Assembly: GCA_029717555.1 (NCBI GenBank)
Contig: JAMDHS010000008.1
Location: 62,001-126,000, forward strand
Direction of reading: 5' to 3'
Source: Peribolospora baueri
Lineage: Eukaryota
DNA length: 64,000 bases
Shown: piece after piece, positions 1 through 12,500 of the stretch
Layout: each line of letters begins with the position of its first letter
Position numbering within the stretch: the stretch's first letter is position 1
Program-made: the position numbers and the translations under genes
The notes under the pieces: generated by a model
What the model was told of the DNA's origin: nothing
Seen by the model: the letters and a program-made list of their open reading frames with translations, nothing else
Database searches by the model: none

Positions 1-860
1 AGCCACAATGAGACCGTCAGTGCCCGTGCCCATCGCGATTCTGAAGCCCCGCAGACCAAAAAGAGTTGACATCGTAACAGCCAAAGAAAGGCAGACGACA
101 CTCACTTCCATCTCCGTCTTTCCTGCCGGGAAGGCCCATTGCGCTCCTTGAATGATGTGGAAGTAGTCGTCAGCGGTGTGACGGCCCGTGTGCCCTTCGG
201 TGCCGAGAGGAGTGCCGAAGAAGATGAGATACTCTGTCACCGAGGCGTGGAGGACGAACATGGCTCCCATGGCCCCTTGGGTAATGGTCGACCACATCGG
301 CGGAAGACGGGAAAGAGAATAGCGGGATGAGCAAAGAGGAGCGTTGGAACCAACCGCATAACTAAAGAAATAGTCGTGCGGAGACGGCGCTTCCTTCCAA
401 ACATACCTCCAGCATTATTAAAGAACCACTCGCTCTCGACGTCTAGCCCGTTCTCGTTGAGGTGTTGGCTCCACCTCGGCTCGGACCGGAGACGGGTCAC
501 GATATCGTCCATGATCGCCCGCGTGTCATTGTTTGGGTGTGCGGAGATTGCAGCACGGGCTATTTCGTGCAGAGAGGTCGGGTCGAAGATGTACCATCGG
601 TCCTGGAGGGGAGAAGGTGTTCGGGGAAAGAGAGACGAGGCGGCAAGACTAGAGTGTGAAAACGCGTTCTCAACAAGCAAAGAGGCAAGCTCGCAAGCAA
701 CACCGGCGTCTCCGCTCACCTTGATCCCGTCCAAGAAGGTGTACACGGCGACTAACACGGCGACGATGACAGAGCGCAGGAGCCATCTGGAAAAAGGCGA
801 GGGCTGTCGTCGCTTGAACGTGCCCGTTGGAGGCCGGGCGTAAATCGTCTTCTTCGCCAT
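1..860 (-). CDS. ERG2: C-8 sterol isomerase (ERG2/sigma-1 receptor family), multi-exon, 3' end runs off the window
   Basis: ATG at 860, N-terminal TM segment. Spliced exons read [49 protein letters not shown], the ERG2 signature. GT-AG introns at about 719-604, 406-276 and from about 106. Confidence 0.95.
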
Positions 861-939
861 GGCAAACCGGGCAATGATGTCAGGCGGAGATGGGGGTTTT
901 GAGGATTACGAGAGGAAAGAAGAAACGGGCCAGCACGAC

Positions 940-2860
940 CGCTCTGCCGCAGCCACATGGTAGCGTGCTTGCTGCGGCGGCGGGCGACGATAGGAAGAAA
1001 GCCGTTGCTTGTGACATTGGCACCTGTCAGTCGTCGCCGTGGACGAGCAAAAACATCCCTCCCTTTATCGGTCTGCGACTCTGAAAGGTGGATTAGCCCG
1101 AAGGGTCGCGCGCTCACAGTTGCCTTGTTGTTATGCGCCAGCTGTGCGCGGACCTGAAGCACCAGTTCGTGGGGCAGGACCTTGGCGACGAGGGACGCGC
1201 CAGCGCGATGACCAGCAGCTGTTCGCCATACGGGCATTCCGATGTTCTTATCAACGGTTAATATCATCATACGCACACAGTGTGACCGAAGGGACCAGGA
1301 GAAGCACCGTCCGCTGGCCGCCGTTGCGATTCGGTGTGAGCATTTCTCTCTTTTTGCGGCCGCACGTCCAGCTAGTGATGCTATGTCGCAGTCTCCTCGT
1401 TCGCCCGCAATCAGACGTCCATCAGCGATTCCCCGTTTCCGCCCCGGCTCCTGAGTCCGAGCACGTCGTCGACGCCTCAGCCCTTCCCGTCCGCCTCCTC
1501 GACGACACGCAAGCGAAGGACCGCTTTCGTCAATGGCAACGGGAGGACCCTGCTGTCGCCCGGACGCTCCACCGCCTCCGCCAGTCCGAGTCCGTTCCGG
1601 AATACACTCTCTCTCACGACGGCCTCCTCTCTGTGGGGGACGACATTGAGGGCCGTCGTATCTTCCCGAACGCCGCGGCGCAGGAAGGGCGGTTGGTGAG
1701 CGGGAAGCTGTCTTTTTCTACCTGAGTTATATTAAGCCATTGCTACTCGGAAGGCATCCTGAGCATTCAAGCCCGCTCATCGTCCTCGGACGTGCGCGTC
1801 ATCCACAACTATCGCCTCATATCGCTGCCGAGTTCCTTTCTTGCCCTCGTGCTACCCTCTTTTACATGACATTTCAATTTACTCGCTTCTCCATTATGGC
1901 TCTCTGGTCCCTGGGCTGTCCGCCTACAGGCTCCTCCTGGGCTGAATGTCTGTAGTGGCAGAAAGGCCGATACAGTTAGTTTCGATTCTGGGAGCGAACA
2001 AGCGTACACACTCTTGCGAGTGTCATAATCAGACTAGGGAAGTTCTCCTACACGATGCGGCGCATTGTCCGCACGTTCAGAGCCGCCTATCTCAATGCAT
2101 GTTGACATCACAGACAGCGGAGCGGAAGGGGCTGTATTGATATACCCACCATAGTCTCTCGGGGGGTGAGAGTGGTCTCCATCATACCGCCGCAATGCCG
2201 ACTCGCGACGCGTCAACATAGAGAACGAAGGGCCGAGACCAGTCGGGGAAGGCGAGGACCGGGGGGGTTGATGAGAGCGTCCTTCAAAGCATCGAATGCC
2301 CTTTGTTCCGCAGAGTCCGTGTCCCAAGTGACCGCGTGGCGCTCCGCGGACGAGGGTTTGCCGTCGCCGCCCACTGTCGCATTGCTTGACGTACCGTTCG
2401 ACCATTGTCGCCATTCCAGGCCACCAGTAGTGTCGGGCGACAAGCTCCTTGGTTTTGTCGCGTCCGAGGTGGCCGGCGAGAGGCTATCGTGCGCCTTCTC
2501 GAGGATCGAAGTGCGAAGCGGCTCGTGATCAGGGATGTAGAGACGCTCATCAAAGTAGAGGAGATCCGAAGCGATCGACTAGCCGGTCTTGAGCGGTGTC
2601 TCGCTCATGATAGACTGAGCGTGCGTGTCGGACCGGAGGGCGTCGAGGACTTGTTGTCGAAAGCTCGGATTCGAGAGGAGTGGAGGGTGAGTCGAACGAG
2701 TTGCGCTGATCGCCACAGGCTTGAGGACAACCTGTTCTTGCGCATCAGCGGCCTGTCCGCCTCGTGTGAGGTCAGGGCGGCGAGTAAGTGCATCCATCCG
2801 CCTTACCGTTCCAAGAACCCGGGCGGTAATGCAGACGGAAATGATAAGGACTGAGTCATT
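940..2860. mobile_element. Degenerate Ty3/Gypsy LTR-retrotransposon pol fragments on both strands
   Basis: Minus strand: MDALTRRPDL...FRQQVLDALRSD (2579-2800, resembles the RNase H/integrase junction ADALSR), WDTDSAEQRAFDALKDALINPP (2260-2330, RT-RNase H connector), LPHELVLQVRAQLAH...RPFGLIHL (1080-1180, integrase-like). Plus strand: QWQREDPAVARTLHRL...YTLSHDGLL (1500-1630). No continuous ORF and no LTR seen. Confidence 0.6.
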
Positions 2861-3212
2861 CAGCCCATCTGAAACTTGACCCTTTTCTGGCACCTCTCTC
2901 GAGACTCCCCAAGTTATCCGTCCAAAGCGCTCTTGTTCTCTAAAGGCGCAGATTTGTCCTGCTAAATTGTTTCCACGTGACGTCTGATTTCTTTCTGAGC
3001 CGTCCGATCAGGTCGTGTTTGCTTATTCTTCCAGTTTTCACACGCCAGGTGCGAGAAGTTCTCCTCTTTTTGGGACGATTTTTTTGGAGCTAGAGCATGT
3101 AGCACAAAGATCTGAGAGCATCGACTGTGTTTGTTTGCACGTCAGATACCGACGAGGATGCTCCGCGAGAAACTCAGCGCTCAACTGGCACTCGATCGAC
3201 ATTAATCGCTGG

Positions 3213-5868
3213 ATGATCTCTCATCGTTTCTTCCAGCACACACTGTTGCCCCTCGCCCCAGCTTTACCCTCTTCGCCAGCCGCTCTGCGATCCCGCCTTC
3301 TCGCTCCGAGAATACTTAGCATGGCATCTCAAGTGCACGGTGCCTCCATCAGCTCAAGTAACCACACCATTGCCATCGTCGGGACCACCGGAGTTGGTAA
3401 ATCCCAGCTGGCCGTCGAGCTAGCCCGCTCTCTGCCGGTCCCCGGTGAGGGATCCAAACCAGGAGGAGGAGAAGGAGGAGACGAGAATGAATCTCGAGCT
3501 GGCGGCGGATACGCCACAGCAGAGATCATATCGGCCGACTCGATGCAAGTCTATCGCGGCCTGGACGTCATCACGAACAAGGTGACTCGCTCAGAGATGA
3601 ACGGCGTGCGGCACCATCTCATGGACTTCTTGGATCCACAGGAGGGGAAGGAGTACGCTGTTGGACAATTCATTACGGATGCGAGTCTGTTGGTGCGTTA
3701 GGCGCTCACTTGTTTTCGCAGAGAACGGATATGCCGCGCGACAGCTGATGACCCGCCTTTTTTTCAACCGACCGCACACACTCTCGTCTCGCAGAAGGGA
3801 ACCTTCTTTTCCCATATCCCCAAGACGCTGCCCATAGTCGTCGGCGGCACGTCGTATTACATCCAGCATCTTCTTTTTCCAGGGCGTTTGGTCTCCGTCT
3901 CTACTCCAAACGAGAGCGATTATGATGGACACAGTCCAAGTCCTTCAGCCCCACGAGGCGCAGCACAATGCCCCGCTGAGCTTCCGGAGGATGTTCTAGC
4001 CGCTATCAACGATCTCCCTGCCGAGTTGCGCAGCTTGTGGGAATCTCTCCCGCCCGGCTCCACCCGTCCTCCATCACCTTTCTCGCTTCCTCCAAACGCA
4101 CTGTGGAACCTCCTCAACGCGCTGGACCCAGCCATGGCAGCTCGTTGGCATTACAAAGATGTGCGGAAAATAGAGCGCTCTTTGCGGGTCCTCAAAGAGA
4201 CTGGAAGAAGGCATTCGGAGCTCATCAGGGAGCAGGAGGAGAAGGAGATGGGCTTGATACAGGAGGAATCAGAGTCGGACGCCGAGGACGCTAGCGTCGG
4301 GGTTCGTTCTGGAGGCGGTCGGGAGAGGACTTTGGTGTTCTGGGTCTGGAGCGAGCGGGACCCTTTGCGTAAGAGGCTCGACGCGCGTGTTGAAAATATG
4401 GTCGAGGTGAGTTTGTTGTTGAAGATTTCGGACCTAGACTTTCCTTGTCGACGAGCAATCAATCGTCTTGCTGAGTTGCTTCCGTCATTTGGCATGACCT
4501 ATGTGTCTCCTACAGAGAGGGCTTTTGACGGAAATCCTTGCACTGCGATCCATCGCGGCTCGTGCGACGGAGGTTCTCGAAACAAGACCAGGTTACGCGC
4601 CGTCTGGAGTCGCCAACGATGCGAAAGGGAAAGGCAAGGCGAATGCGCAAGACGTCGATTATACTCGCGGCATCTTCCAGGCTATAGGTCGGTTTATCTG
4701 TCTGTCTGTCTGTTTGTCTGTTGACGAGGTCGTACAGCGTCGCTGCTCCCAAGTTAGCCAACTCACGATTCTCCACTTCTTCTCACTCTCACCGCAACGG
4801 CAGGCTACAAGGAATTTGCCGCCTACCTTGACCACATGGAACAAACCTCTCCTTCCCAGGCCGGCGTCGCCGATCTTCCAGACCATACCCATTCGGACGA
4901 CCCCGTGGCTGCGAGGCTGTTTAGCAAGGCGATAGAGGATATGCAAGCGGCCACCAGGAGGTACGCTAAGAGGCAGGAAGGTTGGATACGAAACAAGCTT
5001 TTGGCGGAGATTTGGAAGAAAAGGAGAACGAAGAAAAGGGATTGGGGTCAAGATGTGGCGTCCAAAGTGGTAGATGGAACTGCCACTGCGGACGGGGCCA
5101 CCACCACGATGACGGCGAAAGGGGATGACGGCGTCGTCATCTATCTGTTAGATGCGACCGGTAAGAAGACTTTGCGTTTTTCCTTTTCGAAGCGACGGCG
5201 AGCTAAGACAATCTGGATATCATGGATTTCCTTTCTTTCTCGCCGTTCACAGACATTTCACGATGGAACGAAAACGTCCGAGACCCAGCGGTGCGGATAA
5301 TGCATTGTGAGTGGTATTGCGGGAAGGAGGGTCGAATACGCCGAATTCCGCGGTCAAGCGTCCTTCGCTAACGTCGTCCAACTCGGTCTCAATCGCTCCG
5401 ACAAAATCAGCGTTCCTCGACGGTGGAGTCCTTCCCGAGCCACAAACCCTGTCGAAAGCAGCGTCCCGAGAGCTTTGCCCACCCACCTCGCCGCGCTCGC
5501 GCGCGCTCGGGCTTTCAGTGCTCGAGACGCAGGCCATGAGGGCTTGCGAAGTGTGCACGCAGGATGAAAATGCACCCGTGCTCGTGAAGGCTACGGAGGA
5601 GGGGAGGAGGGAGCATGAAAGAAGCAAGGCGCACAAGGCCATGTGGAAGCGGAGGATGATCGAGAGGGGGGAGGCGCCCTGGCAGGTGAGGTTGCGGGAA
5701 GCGAAGAGGGACGAAGACGGGGAGGGGGGGGGAGGCGGGAAGCAGGACGATGCGGGTTCGAGCGTCTGTGGTCAGTCGTGGGAAAGGGACCGTACCGTTG
5801 CGAGTGCCGTGGATACAGAAACATCATATATGTGCCATTCCGGAGCGCATCCGTCCGTTGTCTCATGA
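3213..5868 (+). CDS. MOD5: tRNA dimethylallyltransferase (tRNA isopentenyltransferase), multi-exon; in-frame ATGs at 3213 and 3321
   Basis: P-loop [69 protein letters not shown], and a C-terminal zinc finger CEVC...H..SKAH. Canonical introns. Confidence 0.95.
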
Positions 5869-5978
5869 AATACATCTTGCGCTCATCCGGGTGCATAAGT
5901 ACGGGACCCAGGAATCATCGAACACGCCGCACTGCAGCGCATCCGTCCACTTATCTACTTCCATTGAAGCGGGGGTAA

Positions 5979-8051
5979 CTACCCAGAGTCCTTGATGCTC
6001 CATATGAAGTACACGGCCACTGACCGATACGGCCTCCAGTGCTCTGTCAGCGCTTCCATTTCGGATGGACTGGCGGTGAGTGGAGGGCGGCGCGTGGCAT
6101 AGAGGATGGGATAGAGAAATGAAAGGAAAAAAGAAAAGAGGCATTTCTGACGTGTGAGTCCGGCGGCGGAGAAAAGACAGTTGCATGAAGGATGAGGACA
6201 TGAGAGAGTTGCTCACGTTAGATAGCAGCCGCCTCTGTTCGAAGACGAAGATGAGTACAACGCGATGAGGAGAGGGAGGCCAATGGCGCAAGAAATTCAG
6301 GACTGCCGACAAGAGCCTTCATGTCTACTGAACGAACCCATTCGCCGTTCGTTTCGCGATACGAGAGCACTTACTTTGCCTTTTTCGTCAAGCGTCCTTT
6401 TAAGGTCGCCACTGTCAATCCAGCACGTTTCAGAGCCTCGCGAGCCTGCTGGTCCAAGTCTGCGTCTGTGGTGACTGTCGCCGTGGCGGCCTCCGTGCGG
6501 GTGCCGTTCCTCATCGGCGAGTTGCTGACTCTAGAGGATCCGGGGATCGGGTCATCGCTGCGCGAAGGGGATGGTCTCCGTCCTTTCTCCCCTTTAGCGG
6601 CATTCGTAGTCGCAGGCTTGCGCGGGCTCCTCCTGTTGGATGTTGTTTGGATGCCTGGCATGGGCGACGATGCGCCAACAGTCGCGTCGGTGTTTCCCTC
6701 GGACAGTGCACCGGCGATCTGGTCGTCCTTTTGCGCTGCCTCCCAACTGCCTTGCTCCTGCTTCTCTGTGGCCGGTTCGGGAGGATTGGGCAACGGGGTG
6801 GCGATAGCGGCGACGCCGTCCACCTTAGCGAGCGTATCATTCACGGAGTTGGTATTCAAAGTCTCCTGCGGCTCTCCAGATTCGACCCCGGTGGCAACCT
6901 TGGTCCGAGTCCGCTTCGCCTCCTCGACCGAAGGTCCCTTTGTGCTGGATAAGTAAAACATCAGCAGTCCCTTTTGGACGCCGAGATCTGACACTGGAAG
7001 GACGTCTGCGCGGCGGAGAGCAAAGATGAGAAGCATTTGTACTGGAGATAGAAAGACGGGTGAGCGTCGCCAATTGGCATTTCAGCCTAGGAACGAATGC
7101 CATTCGGAGTAGAGCAGGTCCTCACCGGTCCACTTGGACGGAGGGCAAGGCGCGAGAAGAGGATAGTCAGCTTGCTCCTTCCCTTTCCGCGTAAAGTACA
7201 ACGAGCGGGTCCACTCACTTTACCAATGCCTTTCACTTCGCAAAGCTTCCTGACCAACTCATCGTCTTCCATTCCCGCCAAACCGTCCTCGCCATCTGTC
7301 CTCAGCCGGCCGTCAAAGAAGCGCTGGCCGAGGTCCCTCACATACTCCGCCTTCCTTCCGCTCAGACCGACTTCCCTCAGCTGTTGCTCCGACACCGCGA
7401 GAAATTGCTCCGGAGAAGGCCACGGCAGATCGTTGGTTGGAGGAAGAGGCTTGACGGCCGGAGGCAACGTTGGGAAGAAGAGGCGGAGAAACTTGTGCGT
7501 GATGGAGCGGGCGGCGAGCCAGGAGATTTGTTGACCCAAGATGGAGGTCGTCAGGGTGCTGCCATCAATCCGAAGGACATGTGGAGAAGTGAGCAGAGCT
7601 AGGGGAGAAAGGGGGACGTGATTGCAGGCCGGTCCGCTTCCACAGACGTCTGCACCTACGCTCACCGGAAAAGATCAACGCGGTCCTCGAGCCTGCCCTC
7701 AAAAGGCTTACAAACCACGTTGTCAAACAACCTTGCAAACCGTGCATCTGCGCCAATGAGGTGTTTACGAGCGTCCTCGAAGCGGATGTTCAACTTTGGT
7801 TCGACTGTAGTTGATGCGAACGAGCACACGAAGGACGGGTCGAGCTCGGTCGCTGAGGCGGCCGAGCCGGTGACCTTGGCTTTCTTCGCCTCGGACGAGG
7901 ACGAATGGTTTCGAGATAGAGAGAGCCCCGCCGGCGCCCTCTTTCTCTTCGTCGCCGCCGGAGCCGGGGAAGAGGAGGCAGAAAGACGGGCTGACGGAGA
8001 ATTGGAGGGCGTCGCTGGAAGCGAACCAGACTTGGTCCTAGTGGTAACCAT
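5979..8051 (-). CDS. MAG1: DNA-3-methyladenine glycosylase (AlkA/MAG1, HhH-GPD family), multi-exon
   Basis: TSILGQQISWLAARSI, VGLSGRKAEYVRDL, HhH motif LCEVKGIGK, MLLIFALRRADVLPVSDLGVQKG, C-terminal EMEALTEHWRPYRSVAVYFIW. Stop TAG at 5981-5979. Confidence 0.92.
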
Positions 8052-8156
8052 GGCGAGCGGCGGTAATGATCGTCTGAGCGAGATGGCCGGGAAGGAGGAG
8101 GCCAGGATGGGGTTGTGAGAGTCCAGATTGACGATGGCGGCCTGGAGAGCGCCGTT

Positions 8157-8186
8157 GTCGTCGTCGTCGTCGTCGTCGTCGTCGTC
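8157..8186. repeat. (GTC)10 microsatellite upstream of MAG1
   Basis: Perfect trinucleotide run read directly. Confidence 0.95.
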
Positions 8187-8577
8187 TCAATCACGGTAAG
8201 ATCAGCTGTTCATCTTCTTACCCCGCACGGAGCTCGGCGGATCGGATCACCGAGCGCGCTAACGCCGAGCGTCCCGGAGGTAAGAATGTGGATATGCGTG
8301 GAGACGATCCTCTCGGATTACAGTGTTGACGACGGTCATTGACAACAGACAACCCCCTTTCTAGAGTAGCTAGTAGCGGTCACTGGACCTTTCGAATGAA
8401 CAAAGCAAGACAAGGGATGGGGCATGGGGCATCGACGGCGACGCTAGGCGACGGCATGGACACAAAGGCGACGTTTCTAGTCACGGCGGCGGCAGAGTCC
8501 AGTGGAGGAGGACGGGAGACAGGCTGAGAGAGGGGCGATGATGAGTGGATCAGGGTGGGCCACAGGATCCGCTCCGC

Positions 8578-9168
8578 TCAAGCTGCGTCTCCACCGCCCG
8601 GTCCGGAAACGGAGGTGGACCTAGGCGGCCCCTCATCTGTGGTTCTGTAGGAGGGGGGCTCGGTTCTTGCGCCGTCGCTTGAAAGTCCGAAGGCGGTACT
8701 GGCGTCCTGTTCATCCAAAGCTTGGCCAAAGCGCATCTGGATTTCATCTGCGATGGACCCAGTGACGTCCTGAGGAGACATTTGGGTGGGAGCACACGAA
8801 CGACAAGGCAGATCGCCGGGGGTTGTGTCTCCGTCCGCCTCGATGGGGGGAAGGCGCCGGTGACCAAAGCTGGGGCCGCACACATTGTCGTGCCGGGCCT
8901 GCTTCCTACAGGACACCTGAAGGGCTATGACGAGCAACGTGACAGCAAAGAAGCCCATCACGGTACAGAACGTAAGGCAGTCCTTGTTCCAGGAGTCGTT
9001 GGAGTTCGTCTCGGAGGAAGCGTCGCCGGAAGCGTCGAGGCGCTGGTCAAGGTGCACCGCAGCTGCCAGCAAAGCAGCAGCGCCGGAGAAGAGAAGGAAG
9101 AAGTATGCGAAGACATAGAGGAGAGCAAAAGCCGGCGAGGTGCTCTGTTCGTGCTTGGTGCAAGTCAT
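8578..9168 (-). CDS. Hypothetical membrane protein with two hydrophobic helices and a PPxY motif in the C-terminal tail
   Basis: Intronless ORF from ATG 9168 (MTCTKHEQ...). Hydrophobic segments FALLYVFAYFFLLFSGAAALLAAAV and LTFCTVMGFFAVTLLVIALQV, then RKQARH; EPPSY near the C-terminus. No family recognised. Confidence 0.55.
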   Translation of the reverse strand: MTCTKHEQSTSPAFALLYVFAYFFLLFSGAAALLAAAVHLDQRLDASGDASSETNSNDSWNKDCLTFCTVMGFFAVTLLVIALQVSCRKQARHDNVCGPSFGHRRLPPIEADGDTTPGDLPCRSCAPTQMSPQDVTGSIADEIQMRFGQALDEQDASTAFGLSSDGARTEPPSYRTTDEGPPRSTSVSGPGGGDAA

Positions 9169-9555
9169 GGTGCCCAGCGCGGCGGCGGAAGGACGAGGGG
9201 TCAACTTCAGTGGTCAGTCGCGAGCGAAGTCTTATATTCTCATCCTCCATCGACCGGTGGGGAAACATGAGACCATGATCCGGATGGCGGCAGTCCGCAT
9301 GCATCGTAGCTGTCCGAGTCCGAATGCATAGTGGTAGAAGGAGGAGGGATGGACGCAAGTCTTGTCCATGTCCTCCTGCCGTGCTCGCTGATGTAAGCAA
9401 GCCTCCGTCCGGTGGACGATCGATGCCAATCACGGCGAGAAGAAGCGGTAGACGATGATAACGACCACGACGACGTCCTCACCACCTCCGCCCGTCGAAT
9501 ACATACACCATCTCGCCCCCCGCCTAGACTCCAGCTGTAAGGCTCGCCATTTACC

Positions 9556-12500
9556 ATGATACCGCCATCGCTCCCATCCACTCTGCATTCGGAGCGACCA
9601 CGCGCGGAAGAAGAAGTGGACCAACCCTCGCCCGGTCGTCTGACCCCTCGTATCCCTTCCTCGCTCTCCGTCAGTCCCCCTCCTCCTTCCTCATTTGTCT
9701 CGTTTCCGACAGACGACACCAGCATAGCTTTGCGTCTTCCAGCTGCGCTCGACGTCTCGCTAGCTCTGGATCCAACGCCGATACCTCCATCAGAAGAACA
9801 ACACAGCGATGACGCCGACGCCGACGAGGAGCTTCTTAAGACGGCCCACCCAGATCGACACATGCGCCCCCAGTCTCTCGCTTCCTCCGTTCCTGCTAGC
9901 TCCGATGTCAGTGGGTCATCAATTACCGCCAAGTCCTCCTCATCGTCCACAGAGAGTGAGGCGCCCGCACCTCCGCGCCCTGGGTCCGGTCGAAGGCCGG
10001 GAGAGGCCCAGCGCCCCCCTCACCAGCCGTGCGCAGATGGGGGCCCGAGGGACTTGCGGCCCATCTTTCCTGGAAGGAACATGGGCACCCTGCGCGGCAG
10101 GAGGTACACGGCAGTTGTCATATCTGGCGGGTCGGGGTTCAATGAACTGGTTGGGGCTACGCCGGGGGCGACGTACATTATGCCGAGTGAGTCTAGTCTT
10201 GTCGAGACGCTCTGCTCTCTTCTCTGTCTCTCGTTTTTGTATAGGGTCACTTTGGTTTGCGTGTAGTCGCTCATTGACGGGTCGTTGCACGAGATTGCTC
10301 GAGCGCTCGTCTTGGCTGCCTCATGACTGACGAGACTCGGCGGTCGACCGACGATTCCCTTCCAATGCTCTCTAGTATCTGACAACGGCGGCTCGTCTTC
10401 TGGTGAGGCTCGTGACCCTCATTCCATTGATCCGTGCTGAAAGTTTCACTCGTTGTTGTTTGACTTTGCTCGTGCGCGCACCAGAGATAATTCGCGTGCT
10501 GGGTTGGTGTGGCTCGGGATTCCCGGTCCCCTTGTGGATGGTTGCGATTTTGGTTCGCTGATCCCGTTCTCCCTTCTCCCTCGGTCATTCCTTTTTTTTC
10601 GTAGGTGGCCCCTCATTGGGTGACCTGCGCTCACGCCTCGTCCGTCTCATCCGCCTCAACGCTCAGGACCATCCGTCCGCGGCGGCGATCCATCGACTGC
10701 TGTCATATCGCCTGCCTACCCACGCCTCTTCTCGCGAGGTCAAGCAGGAGTGGCTCGACATTGTCGAGGGAAAGCACAGGCTTTGGAAGGGGATCGAGAA
10801 CGATCGGAAGGAGTGCATTCGGGGTGAGCAGACGGCCCCAAGGCCGGCCTTGTGGCGCCAAAGGAAACTGTCATACCGACTCCCCCGACGTCTCGTCTCT
10901 CTCAAGGTTTCCTTGTCCACTTCGAAGCCGAGATCCTTCGCCGCTCCCACCGAAATTTCAACTTTCGAGGCGGCAGCATCGGCAACTTTTTCCTAAGCGC
11001 CTCCCAGATGTTTTTCCGTTCCATCCAGTCTGCCGTCTTCCTCTTTTCGGCCATCACGCGCATCGGAGAGATGGGAGATGGGAGCGATGGGGCGAGCACC
11101 GGAAGGGTCATCCCTTGTATCAACACCAATCACACGGCCACCATCGCCGCTGAGCTCGTGGGCGGAAAGGGCATCGTTGTCGGACAATGTGAGTGGATCA
11201 GATCTCCCTATGTGCATAGCCGATACCATGTCCGTGAGAAAGTCAATCGGCGCTCCATCCCACCTCATCCCGCAATTCTTCCTCATCTCACTCTTCCCGT
11301 CCCATATCACTCCACGCAGGCGAGATTTCACACCCCGCTAGACCGCCCGAGCCGATCGTGCAGCCTCCGTCTCCGTCAACAAGCGTTATCTCCCTCGACC
11401 CTTCACCCTCCCCCGTCTTTGGCCACCCTTCCCACCACCTTGCTCCGAGCTCCACCCCCTTGTCCGTTGGCGCCGGCATCGGTGTGGGCGGGGCGCCCGC
11501 GGCCGGCTCTGGAACTGTCTCTTCCCACGCTCCGCACTACTTCGTCGGTGGCTCCGGAGCACCGCGAGGTGGACTGAGCAGCCGGTTCACGAGCGGGATG
11601 GGGACGCCGGCCGAACTCGAGCCAGAAATGGGCGACGTGGGAGAACCAATGGCACTTCAGCCCGGTCCTATCGGTTATGGGCTGAATTTTGATGGTGCCA
11701 GCTGGAGAGACGGCGCGGGTGTTGAGGAAGATGACGATGAGGAGGAGGAAAAGTACGATGGGGTTGAAGGCGGCGACCAGCGCTCTGAAGGCGGTGGAGA
11801 CGAAAAACGAGGTGAAGACGGAAAGGAGGACGGGGACGAGGAAGGTAACATGGGCAATATCCTGTTCAGCAAGGCCAGCGATGAGGGCGTCGGGGCAGGC
11901 GCCCTTCCAGCGAGGATCGAGAGAATATTGTATATCAACTCCTATCGTAACGTGAGCGTCTTCTCCTCTTCTCAAGTCTCGTTTGAGGTGCCGAATGATG
12001 GGACATGGTCATTCACACCGCTCAAGTGCCGTCTCTAATCGGATGGCTTTTGCTACGGCTCTCCCGATTCGTAGGAGGTTTACCCAAACCCGAACCCGGA
12101 TTACTTAACCAGCTTGAAGAACAACGAGGTCCTGATCTACTCGTGGTATGTCCGTCCGTCCGTCCCTCCCGCTCGCCTTCCATCCGATTGCCGTCGTGGC
12201 CTCACTTGGCAGCTCGGTACAGTCGCTCCGTCGGCGCCGCTGGTTCTGACGGCTTTCATCTGTCCCTGCTGCTGCTAACAGTGGATCGCTGTACACAAGG
12301 TGGGCTCTCGTCTACTGCCTCCCGGCCGAGGATACCTCTTTCCGTCCAATTCTGAACTAGTATGACAGCGCTCTGACGTGCTCTTCCGCTCGCGTCGCCC
12401 TTCCTCCGTTGCATACCGGCTCGACAGCATCATTCCCTGCCTCTCTCTCCGCGGCGTCGCCCGAGCCATCGCCCGTTCGCCGAGGCTGCGATACAAGGTG

